In this document: positions 1 through 6,533 of the stretch, in pieces | Layout of the letters: each line of letters starts with the position of its first letter | Position numbering within the stretch: position 1 is the stretch's first letter | Virus record (IMG/VR): IMGVR_UViG_3300027852_000022 | Coordinates: 1-41,253 of that record | Reading direction: 5' to 3' (one strand) | Length of the DNA stretch: 41,253 bases | Source of the DNA: a virus | Made by a program: the position numbers and the translations under genes | The notes under the pieces: generated by a model | The model's input: only the letters and a program-made list of their open reading frames with translations | Told to the model about the DNA's origin: nothing | The model's database searches: none

Positions 1-46
1 ATTTGTAATCAGTAGGTCCGCGGTTCGAGTCCGTGTGGGGGCACCA
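1..46 (+). tRNA. 3' portion of tRNA-Thr(UGU), anticodon loop to CCA; the 5' half would lie left of the window
   Basis: Reads as anticodon loop TTTGTAA (anticodon TGT), stem strand TCAGT, variable loop AGGTC, T-arm CGCGG-TTCGAGT-CCGTG, acceptor strand TGGGGGC, discriminator A, encoded CCA at 44-46. The anticodon arm and variable loop match enterobacterial tRNA-Thr(UGU) as I remember it. Confidence 0.8.
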
Positions 47-127
47 CTTAATCCTTAAAATTCAGACCCTTGGCGCTTCGTCCGAATTTGGCCGTCCGAC
101 CGTCCGAAGCCGTCCGAGTCGGACAGC
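1..127. repeat. attL: left copy of the perfect 127-bp direct repeat
   Basis: Base-for-base identical to 41127-41253. Covers the tRNA 3' part plus 81 bp downstream. Confidence 0.85.
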
Positions 128-133
128 CTCTAT

Positions 134-370
134 TCATATCGCCAGCATCCCAGTTGCCAGCTGTCGACAGGGTCGACACATGCGATGATGTGGGCCTTCG
201 GATTTGAATGCAGTCTTGCAGGTGATGCAAGGTCGATCAGATAGCTTCTCGTCGCGCGTCAGACGATTAATGAGCGCAAAAGCCCTCTCTTCCGTTTTGT
301 AAACGCTGCCTACAGGTCGCCCATTCTTGCGCACCTGCCAACCTTCACCGCATCCAATCACATCAAACAT
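134..370 (-). CDS. Small zinc-ribbon protein (78 aa), function unknown
   Basis: Uses the internal ATG at 368-370 with GGAGAG upstream. The longer 134-622 ORF overlaps the better gene at 393-668. C-terminal CITC-x13-CRPC motif. Confidence 0.65.
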   Translation of the reverse strand: MFDVIGCGEGWQVRKNGRPVGSVYKTEERAFALINRLTRDEKLSDRPCITCKTAFKSEGPHHRMCRPCRQLATGMLAI

Positions 371-392
371 GGGTCTCTCCGAAAGATAGTTT

Positions 393-668
393 TCAAGCGC
401 GCCCGCTGCGTTCGTGCTGTGGAGCTGGTTTACCGAAAGGATCAGGCCACTGCGGATCGACGCCAGTCTGCCCCTTGATGATAAGAGACACTGCATCGCG
501 CATGAGCGCCATGAAAATCTGCTTCGCACTCTCATCTTGGACGAACGCCATCTGGATCGAGCCCAAAAACAGCGCGCCATCCATGGTCTTTGGCAATGCG
601 TAGTATGCGACCCAGAGATCACCTTCGACCCGCATAGCCAGCCTGCCCATTTCCTGTTTTTGGTTCAT
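393..668 (-). CDS. Hypothetical protein (91 aa)
   Basis: ATG at 666-668 preceded by GAGGA. Protein-like composition. In tandem with neighbouring minus-strand genes. Confidence 0.7.
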   Translation of the reverse strand: MNQKQEMGRLAMRVEGDLWVAYYALPKTMDGALFLGSIQMAFVQDESAKQIFMALMRDAVSLIIKGQTGVDPQWPDPFGKPAPQHERSGRA

Positions 669-734
669 GCTTTTTTCCTCAGGCTAGATTTGAAAAGATG
701 GGGATGGATTTGACGCGCTGCCCGTTCTCCGGGG

Positions 735-956
735 CTAGTCGGACTGCGCCGCGCTGGCGAGGTTGTCGGCCAGTTCGCGCAACATTTTGATGATGCTATC
801 GCTCGAGCCGTAGGGCAGATGATCCGCAATTTCTGCCGCTTCATCCTGCAAATTCTGCTCGGACATTTCCTCGAGCGCATAGGCCATTTCCTCGGCGTCC
901 GAGCAAAGCTCGCGGGCGATCTGGGGGCCGGTCACTTGGGTTGATATCATGATCAT
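735..956 (-). CDS. Small, strongly acidic protein (73 aa)
   Basis: ATG with AGGAAA upstream. About 25% Asp+Glu. Ends in ...AAQSD. Confidence 0.65.
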   Translation of the reverse strand: MIMISTQVTGPQIARELCSDAEEMAYALEEMSEQNLQDEAAEIADHLPYGSSDSIIKMLRELADNLASAAQSD

Positions 957-974
957 GGCGTTTCCTTTCGGGGA

Positions 975-1277
975 TTAATTTGATTGTTCTTGGGCGGGGT
1001 AATGCTCTGCCACGGCCGAAACGATTTCAGCCGCTGCGCATCGGTGGCCGCGTGTGAACAGAGGCTTTGAGCCTTCGACCTGTATGTAACAGCGCGGCGA
1101 TGGGTCGTAGGCGATCCGGCGAGGGTTCAGTTGCATGTATCTGCGCAGGTCATGGCTGGCCTGCTGAACCGACATGCGAAACGCACGGGCGATGTCGCTG
1201 CGCTGAATCTGCCCTTCTTCCTCGATCAGGTCATCAATCCACATGAGGCGGACTACAGTGGCGAAAGCGTCGGTCAT
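975..1277 (-). CDS. Putative winged-helix/HTH DNA-binding protein (100 aa)
   Basis: Segment RSDIARAFRMSVQQASHDLRRY looks like a helix-turn-helix. CCGGAGG SD before the ATG. Ends in the recurrent ...EQSN boundary motif. Confidence 0.6.
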   Translation of the reverse strand: MTDAFATVVRLMWIDDLIEEEGQIQRSDIARAFRMSVQQASHDLRRYMQLNPRRIAYDPSPRCYIQVEGSKPLFTRGHRCAAAEIVSAVAEHYPAQEQSN

Positions 1278-1294
1278 GTGGCCTCCGGGGGTTT

Positions 1295-1501
1295 TCAGGA
1301 CTCGGCGCGCTCAAGCCGTTGCGCGCCGCAAGTAAGGGCGAAATATGCGCTCTCGCCGGTCGCGTTATGCACCACGTCGCAGCGGTTCGTTCCATTGCAT
1401 TCGGTGACGGTGACAGTATCGCCTAGCGCAGCAAACCCCGGCGCGCCTGCACCAGTGATGCGTAGCTTGTCGCCGGGTTTGGTTTCGGAATATTCGATCA
1501 T
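1295..1501 (-). CDS. Hypothetical protein (68 aa)
   Basis: Its ATG overlaps the integrase stop (ATGA at 1498-1501), so it is translationally coupled downstream of int. Confidence 0.6.
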   Translation of the reverse strand: MIEYSETKPGDKLRITGAGAPGFAALGDTVTVTECNGTNRCDVVHNATGESAYFALTCGAQRLERAES

Positions 1502-2664
1502 GCTTCTTTCCTCTTGGTTTCAGTTGGCCGCTGGATTGATGCCACCGCACGCGCGGCCGTGTGGAATGAGGGTGGCATGTAGATTTCGCCCAGCTGCGGA
1601 TCGAGCGCGGCCGAGTTGCCCAGGACGTCACCGACATCCTCCTTTGTGCTGCCGCCGGCACGCGACCAAACCCCGAAGGTTCGACGTAGATCCCGGAATT
1701 GCAGACTGGCTAGACCAGGTACAGACTTGGACGCCAGCGCGCGGATCGCGGCCCAGCGTTTCCGGAAAAGATCGCCCGAATAGGGCTGCCCGGTCGCCTC
1801 ATCGATCAGCAGATAAGTGCGGTCTTCACCTTCGACGGGCAGTTGCATCCGCAAGTAGGGCTGTGCCTCGGGGTGGATGGGCATGACGCCGTAGTTCTCG
1901 CGCTTGGAGCGGATCAGTTCCCAGATCATCACCGGCGCATCGATGCCGACCACATCGACCTCGCGGAAATGGGCGACCTTGGCGTTAATGACATCCGTCT
2001 GGCGTTGCGCCTGAAGTGTCGCCAAAACAATGCCGCAAGCAACGGCATGATATCCCAAAGACTGCGCGGCCTGCACCAGTGCATCGAACTCCGCCCAGCT
2101 GGCCGTGCGGTGCCGTTTGCGCACTGCCTTCATCTTAAGCTTGAAGCAAGGGTTGGTATTTTCTGCGCGCCACCCGCGCACTTCAGCGTGGCTCATGAGG
2201 ATAGAGAACATGCGGATCAAGGCCAGAGCTTGCGCCGGGCCTGACGCAGAGTAGACGGTCTCATACCAAGTGCGAAGGATCGGCTTGGAGAAATCCACTA
2301 CGTTGCTTGGCCCCCACTTTGTCTCGATCACCGCCAAGTTGATTGCGTAGCTGCGCCGGGTAGCATCTGAGAGCTCCTTGAAGGCCACAGAATGGCGATA
2401 GTCGGCTATCAGCGCATCAATCGTTCTACCGCCGCTGCCGCGCGCCGGCGCAGTGTCACCGCGCCGCTTACGATCGACATCATCATTCAGGCGCTTGGCC
2501 TCACGGGCTGACCAGGTCGGCCGATCGCCATTGAGCTCAACAGGCTGAAAACCAAGTTTCCGAGCGGATGCATTCGGCTCCCACCATACCCGCCACCCGC
2601 CATCGGCCCGACGGCGCTGGCGCAGGCTGGTGATCTTATCGGTGATGGGGGCCGCGCCACTCAT
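1498..2664 (-). CDS. int: Tyrosine recombinase / phage integrase (388 aa)
   Basis: C-terminal catalytic signatures: TLQAQRQTDV (box I Arg), FRDLRRTFG (H-x-x-R-type box II) and LGEIYMPP (Tyr). Lies near the tRNA att repeat. Its ATG overlaps the stop of the upstream excisionase gene (ATGA). Confidence 0.9.
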   Translation of the reverse strand: MSGAAPITDKITSLRQRRRADGGWRVWWEPNASARKLGFQPVELNGDRPTWSAREAKRLNDDVDRKRRGDTAPARGSGGRTIDALIADYRHSVAFKELSDATRRSYAINLAVIETKWGPSNVVDFSKPILRTWYETVYSASGPAQALALIRMFSILMSHAEVRGWRAENTNPCFKLKMKAVRKRHRTASWAEFDALVQAAQSLGYHAVACGIVLATLQAQRQTDVINAKVAHFREVDVVGIDAPVMIWELIRSKRENYGVMPIHPEAQPYLRMQLPVEGEDRTYLLIDEATGQPYSGDLFRKRWAAIRALASKSVPGLASLQFRDLRRTFGVWSRAGGSTKEDVGDVLGNSAALDPQLGEIYMPPSFHTAARAVASIQRPTETKRKEA

Positions 2665-2912
2665 GCCCGACGCGCCTCCTCAAGCAGCACCACATTTGGT
2701 CCGCCCACGAAGAGATCGTCGGAAGTCGGCCGGCATTGCAGATCAACCCAAGACGTCACCGCATCCTTGCGCCACTTCAACGGCCGCAAGCAGGTTGGCA
2801 TAGGCAGTGGAAAATCGTGGTCACGCTCCAGACGCGGACGCGCTTGCAGGAATGCAGCGCCATCGGAGAACCCGGTAAGCGCCGCGACATCAGCGGCGGT
2901 AATGAAAGTCAC
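2661..2912 (-). CDS. xis: AlpA/excisionase-type HTH protein (about 83 aa)
   Basis: ITAADVAALTGFS...FPLP...RPLKWRKDAVTSWV resembles the AlpA/Xis HTH_17 family. I prefer the GTG at 2910-2912, which forms a GTGA overlap with the upstream stop and has GGAAAGGA upstream, over the TTG at 2942. Confidence 0.7.
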   Translation of the reverse strand: MTFITAADVAALTGFSDGAAFLQARPRLERDHDFPLPMPTCLRPLKWRKDAVTSWVDLQCRPTSDDLFVGGPNVVLLEEARRA

Positions 2913-3094
2913 TGTCCTTTCCTTTCCTGAACATCCGACCAACGCTGCAGCGAGACCGAGAAGTCGTCTTGCGTTTCCGGGTGGTTACGTGGCTGGGGGC
3001 GCCGAGGTGGCACCAGCAGGAGAACCACGGCCAGCGCGGCCGACAAGACTGTCACCCCGCCGATCGCTGTCAGTATGTCTCGAATGAGTTCCAT
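2909..3094 (-). CDS. Small single-pass membrane protein (61 aa)
   Basis: Hydrophobic stretch ILTAIGGVTVLSAALAVVLLLV. Its stop overlaps the xis GTG start. Confidence 0.5.
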   Translation of the reverse strand: MELIRDILTAIGGVTVLSAALAVVLLLVPPRRPQPRNHPETQDDFSVSLQRWSDVQERKGQ

Positions 3095-3194
3095 GTCTTT
3101 GCCTGATGGTTTACCGGACAGTGTCGCCAGCCTGTCGGGCTTGTGGGTTGTGAGGGCGGTCGAGCAGACCCGCTGGCGACCCTCGGCAGAAACT

Positions 3195-3425
3195 CTATGC
3201 AGACGCCTGACGCTTCATCGCGTCGGCAAGCCCTTGCGCGAAGCGGGCAGAATTCTGCATCTGAAGGCTAAGGGGAATGTCGAGGTCGGCGCCCCGGAGC
3301 GTCGGGGCTTTCTCTTCGATCTGACCTGCCCAGTTGTGCATCACGTCGCAGGCATAAAGGAAGCCGCGACGCTCTTCGGGCGCCATTGATCGGATCAGGG
3401 CCGCAGGATCAGCAAGATCAGCCAT
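3195..3425 (-). CDS. Hypothetical early protein (76 aa)
   Basis: ATG start with an 8-nt overlap onto the upstream gene. Coding-like composition. Confidence 0.65.
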   Translation of the reverse strand: MADLADPAALIRSMAPEERRGFLYACDVMHNWAGQIEEKAPTLRGADLDIPLSLQMQNSARFAQGLADAMKRQASA

Positions 3426-3681
3426 TGTCGCGGACCGACGGCATGAACGTGACGTTGTCGAGTTCCGTCATATCGGCGATGACGCCCATCGCGCGGCGGC
3501 GGTGCAGCAGTTCCGTGGCGATCTGAGGGATAGTGAGGATGATCAACGCCGCATCGGCGTCGGACAGCCCGGTACATTTCTGCGCGGTTGTACCAGCGCA
3601 GATGACCTGTTCGAGCATTTTGTCGGTGATCGGCCCAGCCATAGCATTCGGGACCGTGGGAAGGTTGGCAACCTGTGTCAT
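3418..3681 (-). CDS. Hypothetical early protein (87 aa), first gene of the leftward operon
   Basis: ATG at 3679-3681 with GGAG 6 nt upstream. Sits directly downstream of the PL-like promoter/operator. Confidence 0.7.
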   Translation of the reverse strand: MTQVANLPTVPNAMAGPITDKMLEQVICAGTTAQKCTGLSDADAALIILTIPQIATELLHRRRAMGVIADMTELDNVTFMPSVRDNG

Positions 3682-3690
3682 GTCAGCTCC

Positions 3691-3740
3691 TGTGTGATGT
3701 CTTCACACAAGAGTTAGGAGTGATCACCTATCACTGTCAA
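3691..3740 (-). promoter_or_regulatory. PL-like leftward early promoter with embedded operator
   Basis: On the minus strand: perfect -35 TTGACA (3735-3740), a 17-bp spacer that is exactly the 15-bp motif GTGATCACCTATCAC (3720-3734), a -10 candidate CTAACT (3712-3717), then the palindrome TGTGTGA-N5-TCACACA (3691-3709) over the 5' UTR. Confidence 0.5.
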
Positions 3741-3757
3741 TACCAATTTAGTGATTT

Positions 3758-4027
3758 TTACTTTTCTTGTAGAAGCCGACGCCGCCTGCACTTCGTTCGC
3801 GCCCGCTCCGCTCCAACCCCCTCCAAATACTCCGGCAGCCATAAAAAGAGCGGTATCTGGATCATTGCTAATGGACCACCGATCCAAATTACGTCCACTT
3901 GAGGAAAGATGAAATGTAGAAGGTAACCGAAAAACAATGGCCCGATGGCAAGAGAGTAACGCCCCGCATTTCCCCAAGCAACAAAGGCCCTGTGTACCTC
4001 AGCCTCCTCCTCAGCAGTCAACTTCAC
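3758..4027 (-). CDS. Membrane protein co-transcribed with the repressor (89 aa, 2 predicted TM helices)
   Basis: GTG start overlaps the repressor TAG stop by 1 nt. Hydrophobic helices YSLAIGPLFFGYLLHFIF and GGPLAMIQIPLFLWL. Lies in the AT-rich immunity region. Confidence 0.65.
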   Translation of the reverse strand: MKLTAEEEAEVHRAFVAWGNAGRYSLAIGPLFFGYLLHFIFPQVDVIWIGGPLAMIQIPLFLWLPEYLEGVGAERARTKCRRRRLLQEK

Positions 4028-4641
4028 TACTGCCTCCAGCTGGCAATGACCCGCCCAAAAATCACAACATTGGTATTGTCGTGAAATAGGACCCTGCGAT
4101 CCTGCAAAGCAGTATTAGCAGTCAGTAACACCGGTGGCTCAAACCGCCTTAAAAGCGTCTGCGCTTTACCGGTTTGGCCACTAAAATGCTTTACAAGAAC
4201 TACGTCTCCAGCACTGCACCGGTCAGGTGAATGACTATCAACGACAAGATAGTCGCCAGGAAGATAGCCATTTAAAACCAGAGCATCGGTTTTAACCTCC
4301 CACACATCTACGTGCGAGCCCTCAGCCCCAAAGGCTGAGGCAACATTGCGAGTTCTAGCGCTCTTCTGAGTGCTAGGCTTAAAGGGAATGACATCCCCGT
4401 CGGAAAAGCCTGAAACAATACTCCGCTTAGTATCTTCGTCCGCAAGACCTGCCTTATCAAGGACGTCTTCAAGCGGAACCTTTAGAACATTTGCGAAAGC
4501 GCGCGCTTGGTTCAACGTCATTCGCTGACGACCAACGTAGATCCGCGACACGACCGATCGATCCCTGCCCATCTCAGCAGCGATATCGTCGGCCGTAACG
4601 CCTGCGCGCTTTTGCTGCTTTTTGAACCACTTATCGTCCAT
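4027..4641 (-). CDS. CI-like prophage repressor: N-terminal XRE-type HTH plus C-terminal S24/LexA-like domain lacking the catalytic Ser and Lys
   Basis: HTH: VTADDIAAEMGRDRSVVSRIYVGRQ. The C-terminus aligns by eye with lambda CI (VIFGRVIASWR vs VVGKVIASQW). The GNSM site reads KTDAL and the FKKL site reads LLRR. Start is ATG 4641 (preferred) or TTG 4671; neither has a clear SD. Confidence 0.8.
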   Translation of the reverse strand: MDDKWFKKQQKRAGVTADDIAAEMGRDRSVVSRIYVGRQRMTLNQARAFANVLKVPLEDVLDKAGLADEDTKRSIVSGFSDGDVIPFKPSTQKSARTRNVASAFGAEGSHVDVWEVKTDALVLNGYLPGDYLVVDSHSPDRCSAGDVVLVKHFSGQTGKAQTLLRRFEPPVLLTANTALQDRRVLFHDNTNVVIFGRVIASWRQ

Positions 4642-4644
4642 CTG

Positions 4645-4756
4645 GTGATAGATAGTCACCCTTCCGTACAAAATAACGAGTATTTTTTACTTTTTTTGTA
4701 TTGCCAACGCTTGTGTGCACCATCTAGATATTGCGCTATGAGTGATCACCTAACAC
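4645..4756. promoter_or_regulatory. OR-like divergent control region between the repressor and Cro-like genes
   Basis: Operator-like 15-mers GTGATAGATAGTCAC (4645-4659) and GTGATCACCTAACAC (4742-4756). Rightward promoter candidate TTGCCA (4701-4706), 18 nt, TAGATA (4725-4730). AT-rich 23-mer at 4679-4701 repeated at 3750-3772. Confidence 0.5.
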
Positions 4757-5025
4757 CATTGGAAGTGTGCGAGCGCCTCGTTGGAAAGCTACCCGAAATC
4801 GAGTTGATAACGGGAAGGCGGCCAAAGGGCGCGTATGCTTGGAAACGTCCCGCAATGGGTCGAAATCCCGGTGACATGCCTGCTGACGCCAATCGCAAGC
4901 TGCTGAAGTATGCCAAGCGACACGGCATTCCCCTCACAGAAAAACATCTGATCTGGGGCGCAAGCCGCGCCGAGATCGATGCACTGCTGGAGAATATGTC
5001 CGCGCAAGAGATTGCAGCGGAATGA
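4738..5025 (+). CDS. Cro-like early regulator candidate (95 aa), divergent from the repressor
   Basis: Uses the internal ATG at 4738 of the 4507-5025 ORF; the upstream extension runs through the promoter region. Position and orientation are typical of cro. No SD, so it may be leaderless. Confidence 0.65.
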   Translation: MSDHLTPLEVCERLVGKLPEIELITGRRPKGAYAWKRPAMGRNPGDMPADANRKLLKYAKRHGIPLTEKHLIWGASRAEIDALLENMSAQEIAAE

Positions 5026-5115
5026 GAGTTGCCCGGCACCTCCTCCCTACCGGACAACCGGATTGCTATTGGCCCATGAGGTACAGCGCCGCTAGGAGCG
5101 CCGCGATCCGGACTT

Positions 5116-5158
5116 GCGTGCAGACCGCCGTGGGCGCGGACGGTCTGCACGCTTTTTT
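5116..5158 (+). terminator. Rho-independent terminator after the Cro-like gene
   Basis: Perfect 12-bp stem GCGTGCAGACCG / CGGTCTGCACGC (5116-5127 / 5141-5152), 13-nt loop, then TTTTTT (5153-5158). Confidence 0.75.
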
Positions 5159-5172
5159 ATCGGAGGTGTGTG

Positions 5173-5466
5173 ATGGGCTTTGATCTGCGCAAGTCCGTCC
5201 GCCTTGAAGCTCTATCGATCGGTATGCGGGCACGGTGCAACGATCTGAGCCGAGACGATGTCGATGCCATGGTGACCCGTGCTGAAGAGGCAATGTCTTC
5301 TGACGAACCGCTGTTTCGTGCCATCACCGCCTTTGCCGTCCAGTACGAGGAATGCCGGTTTGACCGGGACCGCCTGGTCGCGATCGGCCAGACACTGACT
5401 GACGCGATCCGGACGCTGGTGCAGCACGAACCTGTCGATGCCGGGAGGGCCGATATCTATGGCTGA
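5173..5466 (+). CDS. Hypothetical early protein (97 aa)
   Basis: ATG at 5173, 6 nt after GGAGG (5162-5166). Confidence 0.7.
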   Translation: MGFDLRKSVRLEALSIGMRARCNDLSRDDVDAMVTRAEEAMSSDEPLFRAITAFAVQYEECRFDRDRLVAIGQTLTDAIRTLVQHEPVDAGRADIYG

Positions 5467-5797
5467 TCCAGTAGGCATAGACGCACGATTTTCGGCGGCA
5501 GACCAAACGCTGGCCTTTGCGCTCACGTGGTTTGCAACCGAGCGCGTCGTGTCAAAACCCAATCAAAAGATGTGGATGGAGATCCTCCGGGATGTTCTGC
5601 CGCTGGTCACAGAGGATCATCCAATCGTGGCGCCAATGGTGGCTGCAGCAAAGCAGGTCATTGTGTCGGTCGAGTTCAGCGGGGAACTTTCGTTCCGAGC
5701 GCACCTCGATGCCAACACGGCCGTCGCGAAATTCGCGGCATGGCGCGCGGGCCGCTCCTACGAGGTTTTCCAAGAGCAGAAGGAGGGCGCAGCGTGA
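5459..5797 (+). CDS. Hypothetical early protein (112 aa)
   Basis: ATG at 5459 overlaps the upstream stop. GGGAGGG upstream. The 5438 start in the ORF track is less likely. Confidence 0.65.
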   Translation: MADPVGIDARFSAADQTLAFALTWFATERVVSKPNQKMWMEILRDVLPLVTEDHPIVAPMVAAAKQVIVSVEFSGELSFRAHLDANTAVAKFAAWRAGRSYEVFQEQKEGAA

Positions 5798-6516
5798 CCG
5801 CTTTGCAGGAATGGAAGGAACAGGTGGCATCTATGTCTGCACTGGCCAAACAGGGCGAGCGCATCATCGAAATCGTCGAGTACACCGTCCAGCAGCTTGA
5901 GAACGCTGGTGTGAGCTCAGTTGTCCGACGCGGGCCGCGCGGCGTGATGCTGGATCTGCGCATCGTATTGCCGGCTGCTTTGCAGATGTCTGGCGAGGAA
6001 AGCCCTGCCGACGAGAACATCTTGCCATCTCGCGTGGATCATAAGCTGGCCGAAAAGTCGCCTGCGATCGCAAGCTTCATTTCTTCCCCAAAAAGCCAAA
6101 AATCGGATACGGCACGCGATAAACCGCCTCTGCCAAAGGATGGGCCTGCGCCCGCTGCAAGACAAGCCCCCCAAAAGGCAGCTAAAGCAGCAAACGCAGC
6201 CGCCCAGGCCGCGCCACCGGCAACCGGCGCGGCCACCCCTTCCCTTGCGCATGACACCAGCCTGCTCTCAGCTGATGAGCGTGAAATCTATGCGCACCTC
6301 AATGCTCTGGGCTACGTCGGCGCTTGGACAGCGAAACGAGACTTTGCCCTGGTCCAAGGGATGGCCCGTGGTGATGGCGCGGCCGCTGTCGCCAAAGCCT
6401 TGGGCAAGACCAAAGAGACCATCATCACCCGATGGCGCGCGCTGAACATGAACCCAACCTCGATTGATCATCAGACCCGGTTGATCCGGGTTCTGAAGCT
6501 GCGCGCCGACACCTGA
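5794..6516 (+). CDS. Early protein with an Ala/Pro/Lys-rich linker and a C-terminal GcrA/Myb-like HTH (240 aa)
   Basis: GTG at 5794 forms a GTGA overlap with the upstream stop and follows AAGGAGGG. C-terminal WTAKRDFALVQGMARGDGAAAVAKALGKTKETIITRWRAL follows the W-T-x-x-R...(I/V)A..LG..+..(V/I)I pattern of the GcrA DNA-binding domain (from memory). Confidence 0.6.
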   Translation: MTALQEWKEQVASMSALAKQGERIIEIVEYTVQQLENAGVSSVVRRGPRGVMLDLRIVLPAALQMSGEESPADENILPSRVDHKLAEKSPAIASFISSPKSQKSDTARDKPPLPKDGPAPAARQAPQKAAKAANAAAQAAPPATGAATPSLAHDTSLLSADEREIYAHLNALGYVGAWTAKRDFALVQGMARGDGAAAVAKALGKTKETIITRWRALNMNPTSIDHQTRLIRVLKLRADT

Positions 6517-6533
6517 ATTCAAAGGAGGTCACC

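Noticed and set aside
134-622. 162-aa version of the first minus-strand ORF.
   Set aside because: Its N-terminal 84 residues are Arg/Ser/Cys-rich and overlap the far more protein-like 393-668 gene in another frame. An internal ATG at 370 with a GGAGAG SD gives a sensible 78-aa protein.
4507-6516. N-terminally extended ORF versions 4507-5025 (172 aa) and 5527-6516 (329 aa).
   Set aside because: The extensions run antisense through the repressor 5' end and promoter region, or overlap the 5459-5797 gene in another frame. Internal starts (ATG 4738; GTG 5794 with AAGGAGGG and a GTGA overlap) fit the operon structure.
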